From contig JAGVAE010000002.1 in the NCBI GenBank assembly GCA_020060565.1, forward strand, positions 85,036 through 149,035: DNA of 64,000 nt. The letters run 5' to 3'. This DNA is from Candidatus Woesebacteria bacterium (GTDB lineage: Bacteria > Patescibacteriota > Microgenomatia > UBA8517). The number at the start of each line of letters is the position of its first letter. Position 1 is the first letter of the stretch. This document shows, piece after piece, positions 17,012 through 26,392 of this stretch. A program made the position numbers and the translations under genes. The notes under the pieces were generated by a model. The model ran no database searches, was not told where the DNA came from, and was given only the letters and a program-made list of their open reading frames with translations.

Positions 17012-19501
17012 ATGTTCAAAAAACTTGCCCTCATGTTTTTTTTATTTCTAATATCTTTGGGGGCGTATCTAATTGTTTTATCTCCAACTAAGGCTGCTGA
17101 TGAAAAACCCTTTCCTAAGATTTGGCTTCCTTGTGATGAAGATAGAAATATTGAATTTCATTCCTTAAGACCTTATCAAGCCGCTCCATGTGGAGAAGCC
17201 AATAAAGCTCTCTATTGCAGTAATGACCTAATTTTTAACGAGTCTTTTGACATGGAAGGTAAAAAAGATTGCACTATGAAGTTAAGGGGCCCGGGTGAAA
17301 TAACTTTTACTTGTTATCCAGATCATCATGTTTACCCACACACACTCTATGTAAAACTTGACAATTCAGATTTTCCGATTATGGGTAACACTGAAGATGT
17401 TAAAAACAGTAAAAACTCTTCGGAAACATTGGATGATGCAGCAAAAGTTAATGAATATGTGAGCTGGTATCTAAGCGGTGTTAATACAAGGGCTGAGTAT
17501 GGAACTCCAACTGAAGATCAAGTTGTAAACTATTCAGGGCCAGTTCAAAAACTTTTACCAAGTATTATCGCTGATGCTCAAAGATCTACTGTAATAAAAA
17601 ATGTTCTTGACAATAAATCTACTAACCACAATCAAACAGTAGTGTGTGCAACAAAACCAGTTCAACTTCTTCCCTCCTGGCTAACCAACATTTTCGATCT
17701 TCCTGCTGTGGGAATTGGTACAGCCAAAGCCGTCCCTTGCTATGATGGTGGTGGTTCAATTTATAAGCTTAAAAATTGGGATCAATCTTTTATTGGTGTC
17801 GCAAAGGATCTAATTAAACCCTATCTAGATAAAATACTCTCTGTTAATTATGCCACATCTTTTATTAGTAGTGCCCTTGTTGATAGATGGAATAAAAAAA
17901 TTCCACCCCTTCCTTGGGATGATGGAACAGGAAAACCGTTTGAAACTAGTGATAAATATCAAAAAGCCTACAATGAATGGCGGGGAGATTTATGCGCTTT
18001 CTTACCAAATCCTTTTAGCAGTAAAGAATATTTGGCTTGTGTGAAAATTCCTGGTGTTACCAACAATGAATTTGCAGACCTTTTCCAATATGTTCCCCTT
18101 GCAGAGACTCCAGACAAAGCAGGGTCTGAAAGCATTATTGGGGTTTCTATTGAACCAGATGGAGGAACAAAGGTGAATGTAGTTAACTGGGGCAAAAAAG
18201 TGGATCCACCATTATTTTTTGCTCATACAGAAGAAGTAAAACAACTTTCCGAAACTTTAAATAAAACCTATATGCCCAAAGATGTTCAGAGTGTTCCTGT
18301 TCCCGAGTCTACCGAAAAAAATGTTTGCAGTGTAGTAAATGTGCGTGCAAATGCGGGGGATAATTTATTTCCAGGAGATGAAGATGAACTTCAGCTTCAA
18401 AATGTTGAGTACTACATTACAGAAGCCACCTGTCATGAAGTCTGGACCAGGAGGGAATGGGAAGATGAGTTTGGTAAAAAACATTTTGACGATAACCACA
18501 CTATCGAATGTCCCGCCGAAGTGACAATAACCATAAAAACAAACACAATGACGCCAAGTGCTAATGAAATTTTCTCAACCACAGTTGCCGATTCAATGAG
18601 TACCTTTAGAAAAATTTATCCAAAAGTTGAAGCTGGAGCTCCTGTCAGTTGTATTGCTGACATACCAACTGTTACTAATGTTGACTATGACCCCCTTATT
18701 AATAAAAGACCTGGAAGTCAAAGTCCTAACGAAGGAGCTTTATCTTTTAGGGTTGATAACAAACCATCAGATGGTGGAAATGCAACACCACAACTAACCT
18801 TTCCCCACATAGGAAGTGTCTATGAATACTTTTTAAAAGGAATCCAAACAGCCCTTCGTCCGCAGGGCTATGCAGATCCAAACCCAATAAGTGGAAATTT
18901 ATGTCAAACCACCAGTCAAGCAAATCTGGGAGATATCTGTGCGGTAGCAGATGCTTATGGTATTCCTTGTTGTCAATTAAAAGGTATCGCTGCACTTGAA
19001 ACAGGTAGTGGTGCTGGTGTTGGTAATGGATCGTGTAGTACTAAAAATGGAACATTTTCTTGTTGTAATGGTGGAATGTGTGGACCTTCACAGATTGCTT
19101 GTGGTCAATATGATGCATTTACTGGAAACGACAATATTGATATGTGCGATTCTGCAGGATCTGCAGAACTTTTGGCTCGTGCAATGCTTCTAAAATTGTG
19201 TCAGGCAGATGGAAAATGTAATTCGTATGACTGGAATACGTGGGGAAATTATGTAAAAGAAAATTACAGTGTTGGAGACGGTGACTATACAGCAGCTGCA
19301 TATTTTTACGGACTAGCCAATGACTGCACAGTTACTGCTTGTTCACAATACAGATGGGGAGCTGGAAAAAGTTATTGTGATGCTGTAAAAAGCTACTGTG
19401 AAACTGGTTCCATACTTACTTCCAATACATCTAAACAGTTTTGTGATAAATGTAATGAAGAAATTATAAGGGCTGGCCAAACCCCAATCAATTGTAATTA
19501 A
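17012..19501 (+). CDS. Large secreted protein with a C-terminal Cys-rich domain; a possible divergent lytic-transglycosylase-like region is speculative.
   Basis: Start at MFKKLALMFF…AADEK (signal peptide). ~830 aa with about 40 Cys concentrated in the last 250 aa. GIAALETGSGAG…AAAYFYG faintly recalls the SLT motifs ES…AAYNAG. Confidence 0.45.
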   Translation: MFKKLALMFFLFLISLGAYLIVLSPTKAADEKPFPKIWLPCDEDRNIEFHSLRPYQAAPCGEANKALYCSNDLIFNESFDMEGKKDCTMKLRGPGEITFTCYPDHHVYPHTLYVKLDNSDFPIMGNTEDVKNSKNSSETLDDAAKVNEYVSWYLSGVNTRAEYGTPTEDQVVNYSGPVQKLLPSIIADAQRSTVIKNVLDNKSTNHNQTVVCATKPVQLLPSWLTNIFDLPAVGIGTAKAVPCYDGGGSIYKLKNWDQSFIGVAKDLIKPYLDKILSVNYATSFISSALVDRWNKKIPPLPWDDGTGKPFETSDKYQKAYNEWRGDLCAFLPNPFSSKEYLACVKIPGVTNNEFADLFQYVPLAETPDKAGSESIIGVSIEPDGGTKVNVVNWGKKVDPPLFFAHTEEVKQLSETLNKTYMPKDVQSVPVPESTEKNVCSVVNVRANAGDNLFPGDEDELQLQNVEYYITEATCHEVWTRREWEDEFGKKHFDDNHTIECPAEVTITIKTNTMTPSANEIFSTTVADSMSTFRKIYPKVEAGAPVSCIADIPTVTNVDYDPLINKRPGSQSPNEGALSFRVDNKPSDGGNATPQLTFPHIGSVYEYFLKGIQTALRPQGYADPNPISGNLCQTTSQANLGDICAVADAYGIPCCQLKGIAALETGSGAGVGNGSCSTKNGTFSCCNGGMCGPSQIACGQYDAFTGNDNIDMCDSAGSAELLARAMLLKLCQADGKCNSYDWNTWGNYVKENYSVGDGDYTAAAYFYGLANDCTVTACSQYRWGAGKSYCDAVKSYCETGSILTSNTSKQFCDKCNEEIIRAGQTPINCN

Positions 19502-19545
19502 CAAAACCCCTTTGATTTTTTATCTCAAAGCTATAGAATAACTTA

Positions 19546-21150
19546 ATGTCTATCCTGCTCAAAAAAGTTCTGTTATCTTTTCTTTCCTTTTTTGTATTAT
19601 TCTTTTCTGTTGCTCCAAATTTTGCAATTGCCAAGGCCCAATCTACAACTTGGTACAATCAAGACTTCAAAACCTGGTTTGGAAAAGTATCGGACGAAGG
19701 TAACCCGCAAGAGATTTTTGGAGAACGCTATACATCTGCTCAAGTTGAATGGGTCATATATGGGGTATTTGCCTTCTTTATAAATCACGTTACTCCTCCA
19801 GGAACCGCAGGTACTTGTATTAATGGTGATATCACGGGTTGTATCGGTGCAATTAGTGCTTATTTCAGTTCAATATCCTATGAAGATAAAACGAACGAGA
19901 GCCTCGCACAACTTGTTTTTGCAGATCGCCCCCTTTCAGGAATTTCATATGTCAAACATACTATACAGAAATTTGGTTCAGTGCCTACTGCTCATGCACA
20001 AAGCCCTGGTTTTGGCTTCTCGGCACTTTCTGGTCCTATTCAGGATATGTGGAATGGTTTTAGAAATATAGCTTTTGGATTGTTTGTTCTTGCAACTGTT
20101 GCTTTTGCTTTTATGATTATGTTTCGAGTTAAAATTTCTCCACAAGTTGTTATTACTGTTCAATCTGCAATTCCAAAAATTGTTATTTCATTGATCCTCG
20201 TTACTTTTTCCTATGCAATCGCAGGTTTTTTAATTGATCTTATGTACTTGGTTATTGGTTTTATCAGTTTGATCATGGCCCCATTAATACCAAATGTATT
20301 ACTGTTAAATTCAGTCAATTACAATGCCACAGATTTATTTAAACTTCTAACGGTAGGCCAGACAATTGGGATTGGAACTGGTGGTTTCAATGGAATTTTA
20401 CTTCTTTTAGGAATGTATCTTACTCCTTTATTTTTAATCCTTCTCGTTTTCGCTGCACTTTTTCTTGCTATTGCATTTATACCAGGTGCTCAAGTGTTCG
20501 GGGTCGTATTAATGTTATTAACTCTAATTATTATGTTGGTTATTGTTGTATTGGCAATGTGGATGTCTATTAAAATAATGTGGGCACTTTTCAAAGCCTT
20601 TGCAAACATCGTCCTTCTTACCATCTTTGCTCCAATACAGCTTGTTGCGGGGGTAATTGTGCCCAATTTTGGCTTTGGTCAGTGGGTAAGAAGTTATTTA
20701 TCACACCTTGCGGTTTTTGTAGTAACGGGTGTTTTGTGGCTACTTTCTTACATTTTTATGTTGCATGCTTGGGCAGGTATTGGCGATGGCTCCTCTTTAA
20801 CCCTTGCTGGCTCAAACGTAAGTCCCTGGCCACCCCTTCTGAATGTTGGTGGTGGAACATTCTTTATTTTTACTGGGGTTAGTTTTGTGCTTTTTACAAT
20901 GATTCCAAAAGCAACCGAACTAGTACAATCACTTCTTGCAGGTAAGCCATTTGCGTACGGAAGTGCAATTGGTGAAGCCTTTGGACCAGTCACAAAAGGT
21001 GTGGGAATAGGAACTGGGTTTGGAGCAACTTACTTGTCAGAGTTGGGTGAAAGTCAGTTAAGATCAGGTAGCGAAGCAGTAAGAAAACAAGGTAAAAGTA
21101 ATTTAACGAAAGGTTCTGCCTTAAAAGTTATGCAGGGGTTTTTTAGATAA
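19546..21150 (+). CDS. VirB6/TrbL-like polytopic membrane protein (PrgH/TcpH-like).
   Basis: Signal peptide, a ~190-aa extracytoplasmic domain, at least 6 TM helices and a Gly-rich C-terminal tail. The topology and its position in the locus fit the VirB6 family. Confidence 0.45.
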   Translation: MSILLKKVLLSFLSFFVLFFSVAPNFAIAKAQSTTWYNQDFKTWFGKVSDEGNPQEIFGERYTSAQVEWVIYGVFAFFINHVTPPGTAGTCINGDITGCIGAISAYFSSISYEDKTNESLAQLVFADRPLSGISYVKHTIQKFGSVPTAHAQSPGFGFSALSGPIQDMWNGFRNIAFGLFVLATVAFAFMIMFRVKISPQVVITVQSAIPKIVISLILVTFSYAIAGFLIDLMYLVIGFISLIMAPLIPNVLLLNSVNYNATDLFKLLTVGQTIGIGTGGFNGILLLLGMYLTPLFLILLVFAALFLAIAFIPGAQVFGVVLMLLTLIIMLVIVVLAMWMSIKIMWALFKAFANIVLLTIFAPIQLVAGVIVPNFGFGQWVRSYLSHLAVFVVTGVLWLLSYIFMLHAWAGIGDGSSLTLAGSNVSPWPPLLNVGGGTFFIFTGVSFVLFTMIPKATELVQSLLAGKPFAYGSAIGEAFGPVTKGVGIGTGFGATYLSELGESQLRSGSEAVRKQGKSNLTKGSALKVMQGFFR

Positions 21151-21166
21151 TTAAAAACAAGAGTTA

Positions 21167-23269
21167 TTAATCTGTAGAATTTACAGCCATTCGAATAAAA
21201 GCACCTATCTGATTATTTAATAAGGCTTTTTCTTCTTCTGTCTCAGATTTGGCAAAGTTAATACTTTTTGATGTATCAAGAATTTTCTTATCAAGATATC
21301 CCACACTCGCCGCCGTTTCAATTATTGCTTGTCGTTCTGTAGAAATTGTAGCCTGAACCGCTGACAAAAAAGCAATCGCCTTCCATTTGTTTTTTTCTTT
21401 TTTAACATATTTCTTTAATAAAGCATCTTCGGCTTCAATTCTCAGTTGATCATTGGGTAACTTGTTACCACCTGTCTGCATCTTGTCCATCAAAGTGTCT
21501 ATTTCAGTCAAATGATCACTAAACCACTTTTCATATTTCCCTTCTGTTATTATCCAATCTCTGCAAACTATATGGATTGATTTTTCAACCCCTTCCCAAT
21601 ACACAGGATCAAGACCATTTTCTCTATTTTTTCCCTTGGTTAATTCACCATTCATTGCCAAGTAGGCTCCCGTATCTTCCCTTAAGGAAAACAGTGCTCT
21701 TATTAAATAAGCTCTATATCCCCAATCTGCCGTATGGTCCTCATCTTTAAATATCTCCCCTAAAGTTTTACCTTCAACAAACAATTCCATTGCTGAACGT
21801 GTTTTACTCTTTGATTCGGGAAAGTTTCTGTCCCTAACGGGAACCGTTCTTAAAAAATCGACCATTATATGCTCTGGTGCAAAATTGGCCCAAGCAAAAG
21901 GACCTTCATAATACGAGTTCTGTCTGTTGTAGACAGTATTATCGCGAGGCCTTGTTAAATCGGTCATTGCATCCGACCATGGATAGTCTTCAGCATTTAC
22001 CTGAATCGCTCTATCACCATCCGTTTTTGTAGCTCTTGTACCATACATCGCAGCCAATCCAAAAAACCTAAATGTTTTTTCTGCAAAATTTACAGCAATT
22101 TGTGACTGCATTTTCATTGATGAATGGTTTTTAAATTTTCCCTCACTCATCAGGTCTTGAACCGCTTCAAGTGTGGCCTTAACACTTCCTCCATTGCTCG
22201 AATCTGCAAACTTATTAAATGCGGGAATCGAATCTAAAACCGCCTTATCTTCAGCAGTTAAACTTTCGTATGATTTACCATATAAATAAGCTGCCTTGTT
22301 GTATTCATTGGGAAGGGTTTTTAATTTTAATTTATATAACCACTCATTCTCCGTTGTTTCATTTACAAAAAGTTTTTTAAACCCCTTTCCATTTCTAAAC
22401 CAATCTAAATCGGTTTTCCATCTGGGATCAGATTGTAATGCCAAATACGTAAAGGCCCTTATACCAATGTCCACTTGTTCAGAAACACTCTTCCATTCTC
22501 TATCACCTTCTATAAAACCAGGCATTTCTCCGTATACTCTTGCAAAAAATTCGGGAGGCATATATTCAGGTAACTCTCCGTAAACCAGCTGAAAAATTTT
22601 CCCTGAAGGAGCAAGTTTTTTATAGAAAGCAAACCATTGATCAAAAAGTTTATCAACATCTTGAATTATCGTTAATGACTGTTCTATCCCTTTTTGTTTT
22701 TCTACCTGTTCCTGGGTTTTTTTTGAACCCCCGCTCAGTTCATTTAAGGCATCGCTTCCACCAGCTGCTCTTAGTGCTATTGATTCTCTAAGAGATTTAG
22801 CTGGCCATTCGTCGTTATAATTTACAATTCTATCCATAATGAAATATGTCCAGTATTTTCTTTCCTGTTCCGTGGGGGCTTTAGTTATTTTTTCTACTAT
22901 TCCTTCACCAAACATTCCAGACATTATCTGGGCTAATATTTCGGGGTTCATCTTAAAGTCACCAGCATCAGGAGATAAATCGACGGGATTAGTAACAGCT
23001 TTTACCGAATCAGGGGCTCCTTCCATATGAGGACCAACTTGTCCCAAGTGGCGCATATAATCTATTGAAGAACCCTGAGGGCTTGGTTGTTCTGGCGATG
23101 TTGGTCCATCAGACATATTCAAATTGTAGCACGGAGTAGGGTAAAACAACAAACCGTCCCATAGCTTGACTTTGTGGCTAAGTGAGTATACACTCGCGGA
23201 CAAGATGGAATTTGACAAAATTAAAACCGCTGTTGCAAATTTTTTTGACCGGAATGAAAAATTAGCCAT
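21167..23269 (-). CDS. Large hypothetical protein (700 aa) encoded antisense within the secretion locus.
   Basis: Long uninterrupted ORF with no recognisable motif. The N-terminus could be a signal peptide, or the start could be later at MSDGPTSP (23116). Confidence 0.4.
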   Translation of the reverse strand: MANFSFRSKKFATAVLILSNSILSASVYSLSHKVKLWDGLLFYPTPCYNLNMSDGPTSPEQPSPQGSSIDYMRHLGQVGPHMEGAPDSVKAVTNPVDLSPDAGDFKMNPEILAQIMSGMFGEGIVEKITKAPTEQERKYWTYFIMDRIVNYNDEWPAKSLRESIALRAAGGSDALNELSGGSKKTQEQVEKQKGIEQSLTIIQDVDKLFDQWFAFYKKLAPSGKIFQLVYGELPEYMPPEFFARVYGEMPGFIEGDREWKSVSEQVDIGIRAFTYLALQSDPRWKTDLDWFRNGKGFKKLFVNETTENEWLYKLKLKTLPNEYNKAAYLYGKSYESLTAEDKAVLDSIPAFNKFADSSNGGSVKATLEAVQDLMSEGKFKNHSSMKMQSQIAVNFAEKTFRFFGLAAMYGTRATKTDGDRAIQVNAEDYPWSDAMTDLTRPRDNTVYNRQNSYYEGPFAWANFAPEHIMVDFLRTVPVRDRNFPESKSKTRSAMELFVEGKTLGEIFKDEDHTADWGYRAYLIRALFSLREDTGAYLAMNGELTKGKNRENGLDPVYWEGVEKSIHIVCRDWIITEGKYEKWFSDHLTEIDTLMDKMQTGGNKLPNDQLRIEAEDALLKKYVKKEKNKWKAIAFLSAVQATISTERQAIIETAASVGYLDKKILDTSKSINFAKSETEEEKALLNNQIGAFIRMAVNSTD

Positions 23270-23885
23270 ACAACAAAGGATGGTGGATCAGACTTTTCAA
23301 AAAAGCCGTTCGAGTGAAGAAAAGCTAGAACTAGATCAATGTCTATACGCAGAGAAAAACATTCCGATTATAAAAGCGAGACTTGACGAGCTTATTAAAA
23401 ATATCAACACTTCTGTTTTCGACAATAAGGGCTCTGTAATACCATGGAAAGTAACTATTGGTAAAAGCCCTCGTTCACATAATGAGGGAGGGAACTCTAT
23501 ATATGAATATGGGGAAGGATACGGTATTGTTGGTGGCCACGATGTTTTTGATGGTTGGTTTCTCACCAGAGAGCAGGACACTGAACTCAAAGTTGGCAGC
23601 CTATTCCAATTACAAATCAAGTTAATTTTTCCACTTACCGAAACAAACACTGCAGGTCAAATTAATAGACACTCCAATAAATATTTTTCCATTTTTGGTT
23701 TTATGTCTGGAGATTTGTTCCACAATCACGAAAGCGGAACTTTTTACAGGAGCTATAGCAGCCTTTCAATTCATAGAAATTTCTACTTAGATAATCCAAA
23801 CGAACTCGTAGCGGAATTTGGTAACAAATTAAAAGAGGAATTGTTAGGACTTAACGATTTTCAGAACCATTCTCCAAAAAATTAA
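23205..23885 (+). CDS. Hypothetical protein.
   Basis: ORF 23166..23885 with internal start MEFDKIK. Would overlap the 5' end of the divergent 700-aa ORF unless that gene starts later. Confidence 0.25.
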   Translation: MEFDKIKTAVANFFDRNEKLAIQQRMVDQTFQKSRSSEEKLELDQCLYAEKNIPIIKARLDELIKNINTSVFDNKGSVIPWKVTIGKSPRSHNEGGNSIYEYGEGYGIVGGHDVFDGWFLTREQDTELKVGSLFQLQIKLIFPLTETNTAGQINRHSNKYFSIFGFMSGDLFHNHESGTFYRSYSSLSIHRNFYLDNPNELVAEFGNKLKEELLGLNDFQNHSPKN

Positions 23886-24341
23886 CAAGAAATGAAGGGT
23901 TTGTACTTGTGAAAAGGGGTGTCCATTGCAATAAAACAGTAAGCTATTTGAATATATCTTTCCCCAATTCTTTGGCTTGATCAAGAAAAAAATCTTCCAT
24001 CTTTTTTCTATCCTGTTAAACGGATAATAATTAAAATCCACTTTTAGCTCCCCATCTGGAAAAAATAATGTATACGTATGAAGCCCTAAAAATTGGCGGT
24101 GAATAATTTTCTTAACGAACATTTTACTACCAACAATACCAATAAACTTGTTTATGCTAGGTAAATGAATTTCTTGGTTTTCTGAAAACAGATCAATATC
24201 GTGAGACTCTCTATGTTTTAAGTAAAATTCTGAAAGAACGGTTCCACCTGTCAAATAAAACCGTTTTAATAAATAGGGTTCTTTTAGGACAAATTCGAGA
24301 AATTCTTGCTGATGCTTATCGAGGATGGTTTTGTTCCCCAT
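23844..24341 (-). pseudogene. AbiEii/DUF1814-like nucleotidyltransferase, probably truncated or frameshifted.
   Basis: The N-terminus KRFYLTGGTVLSEFYLKHRESHDIDLF matches the AbiEii GGTAL…R.SxDIDf motif. Reading continues in another frame (MEDFFLDQAKELGKDIFK*) across an A7 homopolymer near 23990, and the total length is far below the family norm. Confidence 0.35.
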
Positions 24342-24633
24342 ATTAGGTATTCAAAATATTCTTTGGTCTTTTCGTCAATTTTCTTATTTATATATTTCCA
24401 GGAATTTTTAACCTCTGAGAGGGAAATTTTCTCTCCATCTAAACCGTAATTTATCATTTGTGTTAGTCTCCAGAGTTTATATTCCTTGGGACTATTTTTC
24501 TTAAATTTTACCTCATCGGTGGACCAATTAATCATGACTAATTATATCATTTTTGCTGTGAAAAGGGATTCTTATTGCACAAGTTGCTTCACGTTGTAAT
24601 CTTAACCTAGAGTAGACAACTTCTACTGCCCAT

Positions 24634-25674
24634 ATGGAACAACACGCAATACCACAAAACGTAAGTTCATATCAATTTAAGTTGGTTGGGGATATGACTC
24701 TTAAGCAGTTTTTTCAACTTGCTGGAGGAATTTTAGTTGGAGTAATTTTTTATTCTGCTCCCTTACTTGGAATTATTAAATGGCCTTTGGCAATTCTTTC
24801 TGTTCTTTTAGGGGTTGGGCTTGCTTTTCTCCCTCTTGAGGAGCGTCCCTTGGAAAAGTGGATTTTTGCTTTTTTTCGTGCAATATATGCTCCCACCCTT
24901 TTTAATTGGAAAAAGGCTTTATCTCCTCCTAAATTTTTTCAGGATGAACCAGCGGGTTCCACTCCCGAACAAGATGCTGCTCTTAAGGGTTATCTGACAA
25001 CAACCAATCAAGCCTCTGGTGCTTCTGCAAATTTGGATAAAGCTGAAATTGGTTTTTTTTCAAAGCTTGCTGGACTTTTAACAGGAACTATCAGTGTTAT
25101 TCCTTCTGCCAAACCTGCTACTCCAACTGAGGCTACTTCTCAAAAGCCAGTTGAGTTGAAAGTACCAGAAAATGCTCCAGTTAGAATTCAAACAGGTGCA
25201 TCACATTTAGTGGTTGAGGAAAAACCAAAGATTGCTACTGTCCAAAACCAAGTCACTGTTAATGCTGTTGCCCCAATTGTAGCGGGAGATGAAATGATTT
25301 CTACAAAACAGGCAATTTTTTCAGTTGATGCAGCCCCACCCAATCCCCCAACTATACCCAATGTGGTTGTGGGACAAGTGGTTGATCAAGACAGAAAAAT
25401 TATTGAGGGGGCAATAATGGAAATACGAGACTCAATGGGAAGACCAATAAGAGCCTTAAGGAGTAATCGTGTGGGACATTTTCTTACAGTCACACAGCTT
25501 GATAATGGACACTACGAAATAATTACAGATAAAGATGGTTATGAGTTTGTTGCGGTTTCTTTTGATGCAAATGGTGCCTTGATTCCTCCAATTTTAGTTC
25601 AAGGAAAAAGATTGGGACCAGTGGTTGAGGATATTCCCGTTGGAATTGTTAAACCAGCCTATTCAATAAATTAA
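24634..25674 (+). CDS. PrgI/VirB3-like membrane protein with a long C-terminal extension.
   Basis: The N-terminus IPQNVSSYQFKLVGDMTLKQFFQLAGGILVGVIFY plus two TM helices matches the PrgI-family pattern, and the gene sits directly upstream of VirB4. Confidence 0.45.
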   Translation: MEQHAIPQNVSSYQFKLVGDMTLKQFFQLAGGILVGVIFYSAPLLGIIKWPLAILSVLLGVGLAFLPLEERPLEKWIFAFFRAIYAPTLFNWKKALSPPKFFQDEPAGSTPEQDAALKGYLTTTNQASGASANLDKAEIGFFSKLAGLLTGTISVIPSAKPATPTEATSQKPVELKVPENAPVRIQTGASHLVVEEKPKIATVQNQVTVNAVAPIVAGDEMISTKQAIFSVDAAPPNPPTIPNVVVGQVVDQDRKIIEGAIMEIRDSMGRPIRALRSNRVGHFLTVTQLDNGHYEIITDKDGYEFVAVSFDANGALIPPILVQGKRLGPVVEDIPVGIVKPAYSIN

Positions 25675-25675
25675 A

Positions 25676-26392
25676 ATGAAACCAAAACTTAACAGTTTAA
25701 ATATTCCCAAGATTCCGTATTTAAGTGTTCCTGACAAACCTATTGTTTCAACCTCTCAGAACCACTTACCAATTGCGGATGTTACCAATGATGTTGTTCT
25801 TTATAAAGATGGTGGGGCTGCTCTTGTTATGGAATCTACATCACTAAACTTTGGCCTTTTAAGTGAAAAGGAGCAAGGAGCCGTCATTGCGGCCTATGCT
25901 GCAATGATTAATTCTCTTTCTTTTTCGATACAAATATTAGTTCGAACTCAAAGGAAAGATATAAGTTCATACATAAGTTATATTGATGAACAAGCTAAAA
26001 AACTAACACATCCCCTTCTTCAAAAATTAATGGCTGAGTATAAAGGATTTATCTTAGATTCTGTTAAAAAGAAAAACGTTTTAGGAAAAAGATTTTTTGT
26101 AATTCTCTATCTTTCCCCACTTGAACTTGGAGTTGGAAAATCATTGGCCGTTGTCACAAAACGAGGAGTTACACTTCCTTTTTCCAAATCCTATGTTATT
26201 AAAAAAACAAAAATAACACTTTATCCAAGACGGGATCATCTTATAAGACAAGCTGGCAGACTTGGAATTAAATTTAGACAACTTACCACCAACGAGCTTA
26301 TTGATCTTTTCTATACCGTCTATAATCCTGAACATCCAGCAGTTAAAAAAGAACCTGAAGTAATATTAGAAAGGAGAGAGTCCAGTGGATAA
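25676..26392 (+). CDS. VirB4/TrbE N-terminal domain encoded as a separate ORF.
   Basis: IADVTNDVVLYKDGGAALVMESTSLNFGLLSEKEQGAVIAAYAAMINSLSFSIQILVRTQRKD…YISYI and RFFVILYLSP follow the CagE_TrbE_VirB N-terminal consensus. The stop overlaps the next ORF by 8 nt. Confidence 0.55.
   Translation: MKPKLNSLNIPKIPYLSVPDKPIVSTSQNHLPIADVTNDVVLYKDGGAALVMESTSLNFGLLSEKEQGAVIAAYAAMINSLSFSIQILVRTQRKDISSYISYIDEQAKKLTHPLLQKLMAEYKGFILDSVKKKNVLGKRFFVILYLSPLELGVGKSLAVVTKRGVTLPFSKSYVIKKTKITLYPRRDHLIRQAGRLGIKFRQLTTNELIDLFYTVYNPEHPAVKKEPEVILERRESSG

Noticed and set aside
24284-24535. 83-aa ORF upstream of the AbiEii-like remnant, as a possible AbiEi antitoxin.
   Set aside because: Too short, with no wHTH-like pattern. 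Likely a spurious or degraded frame.
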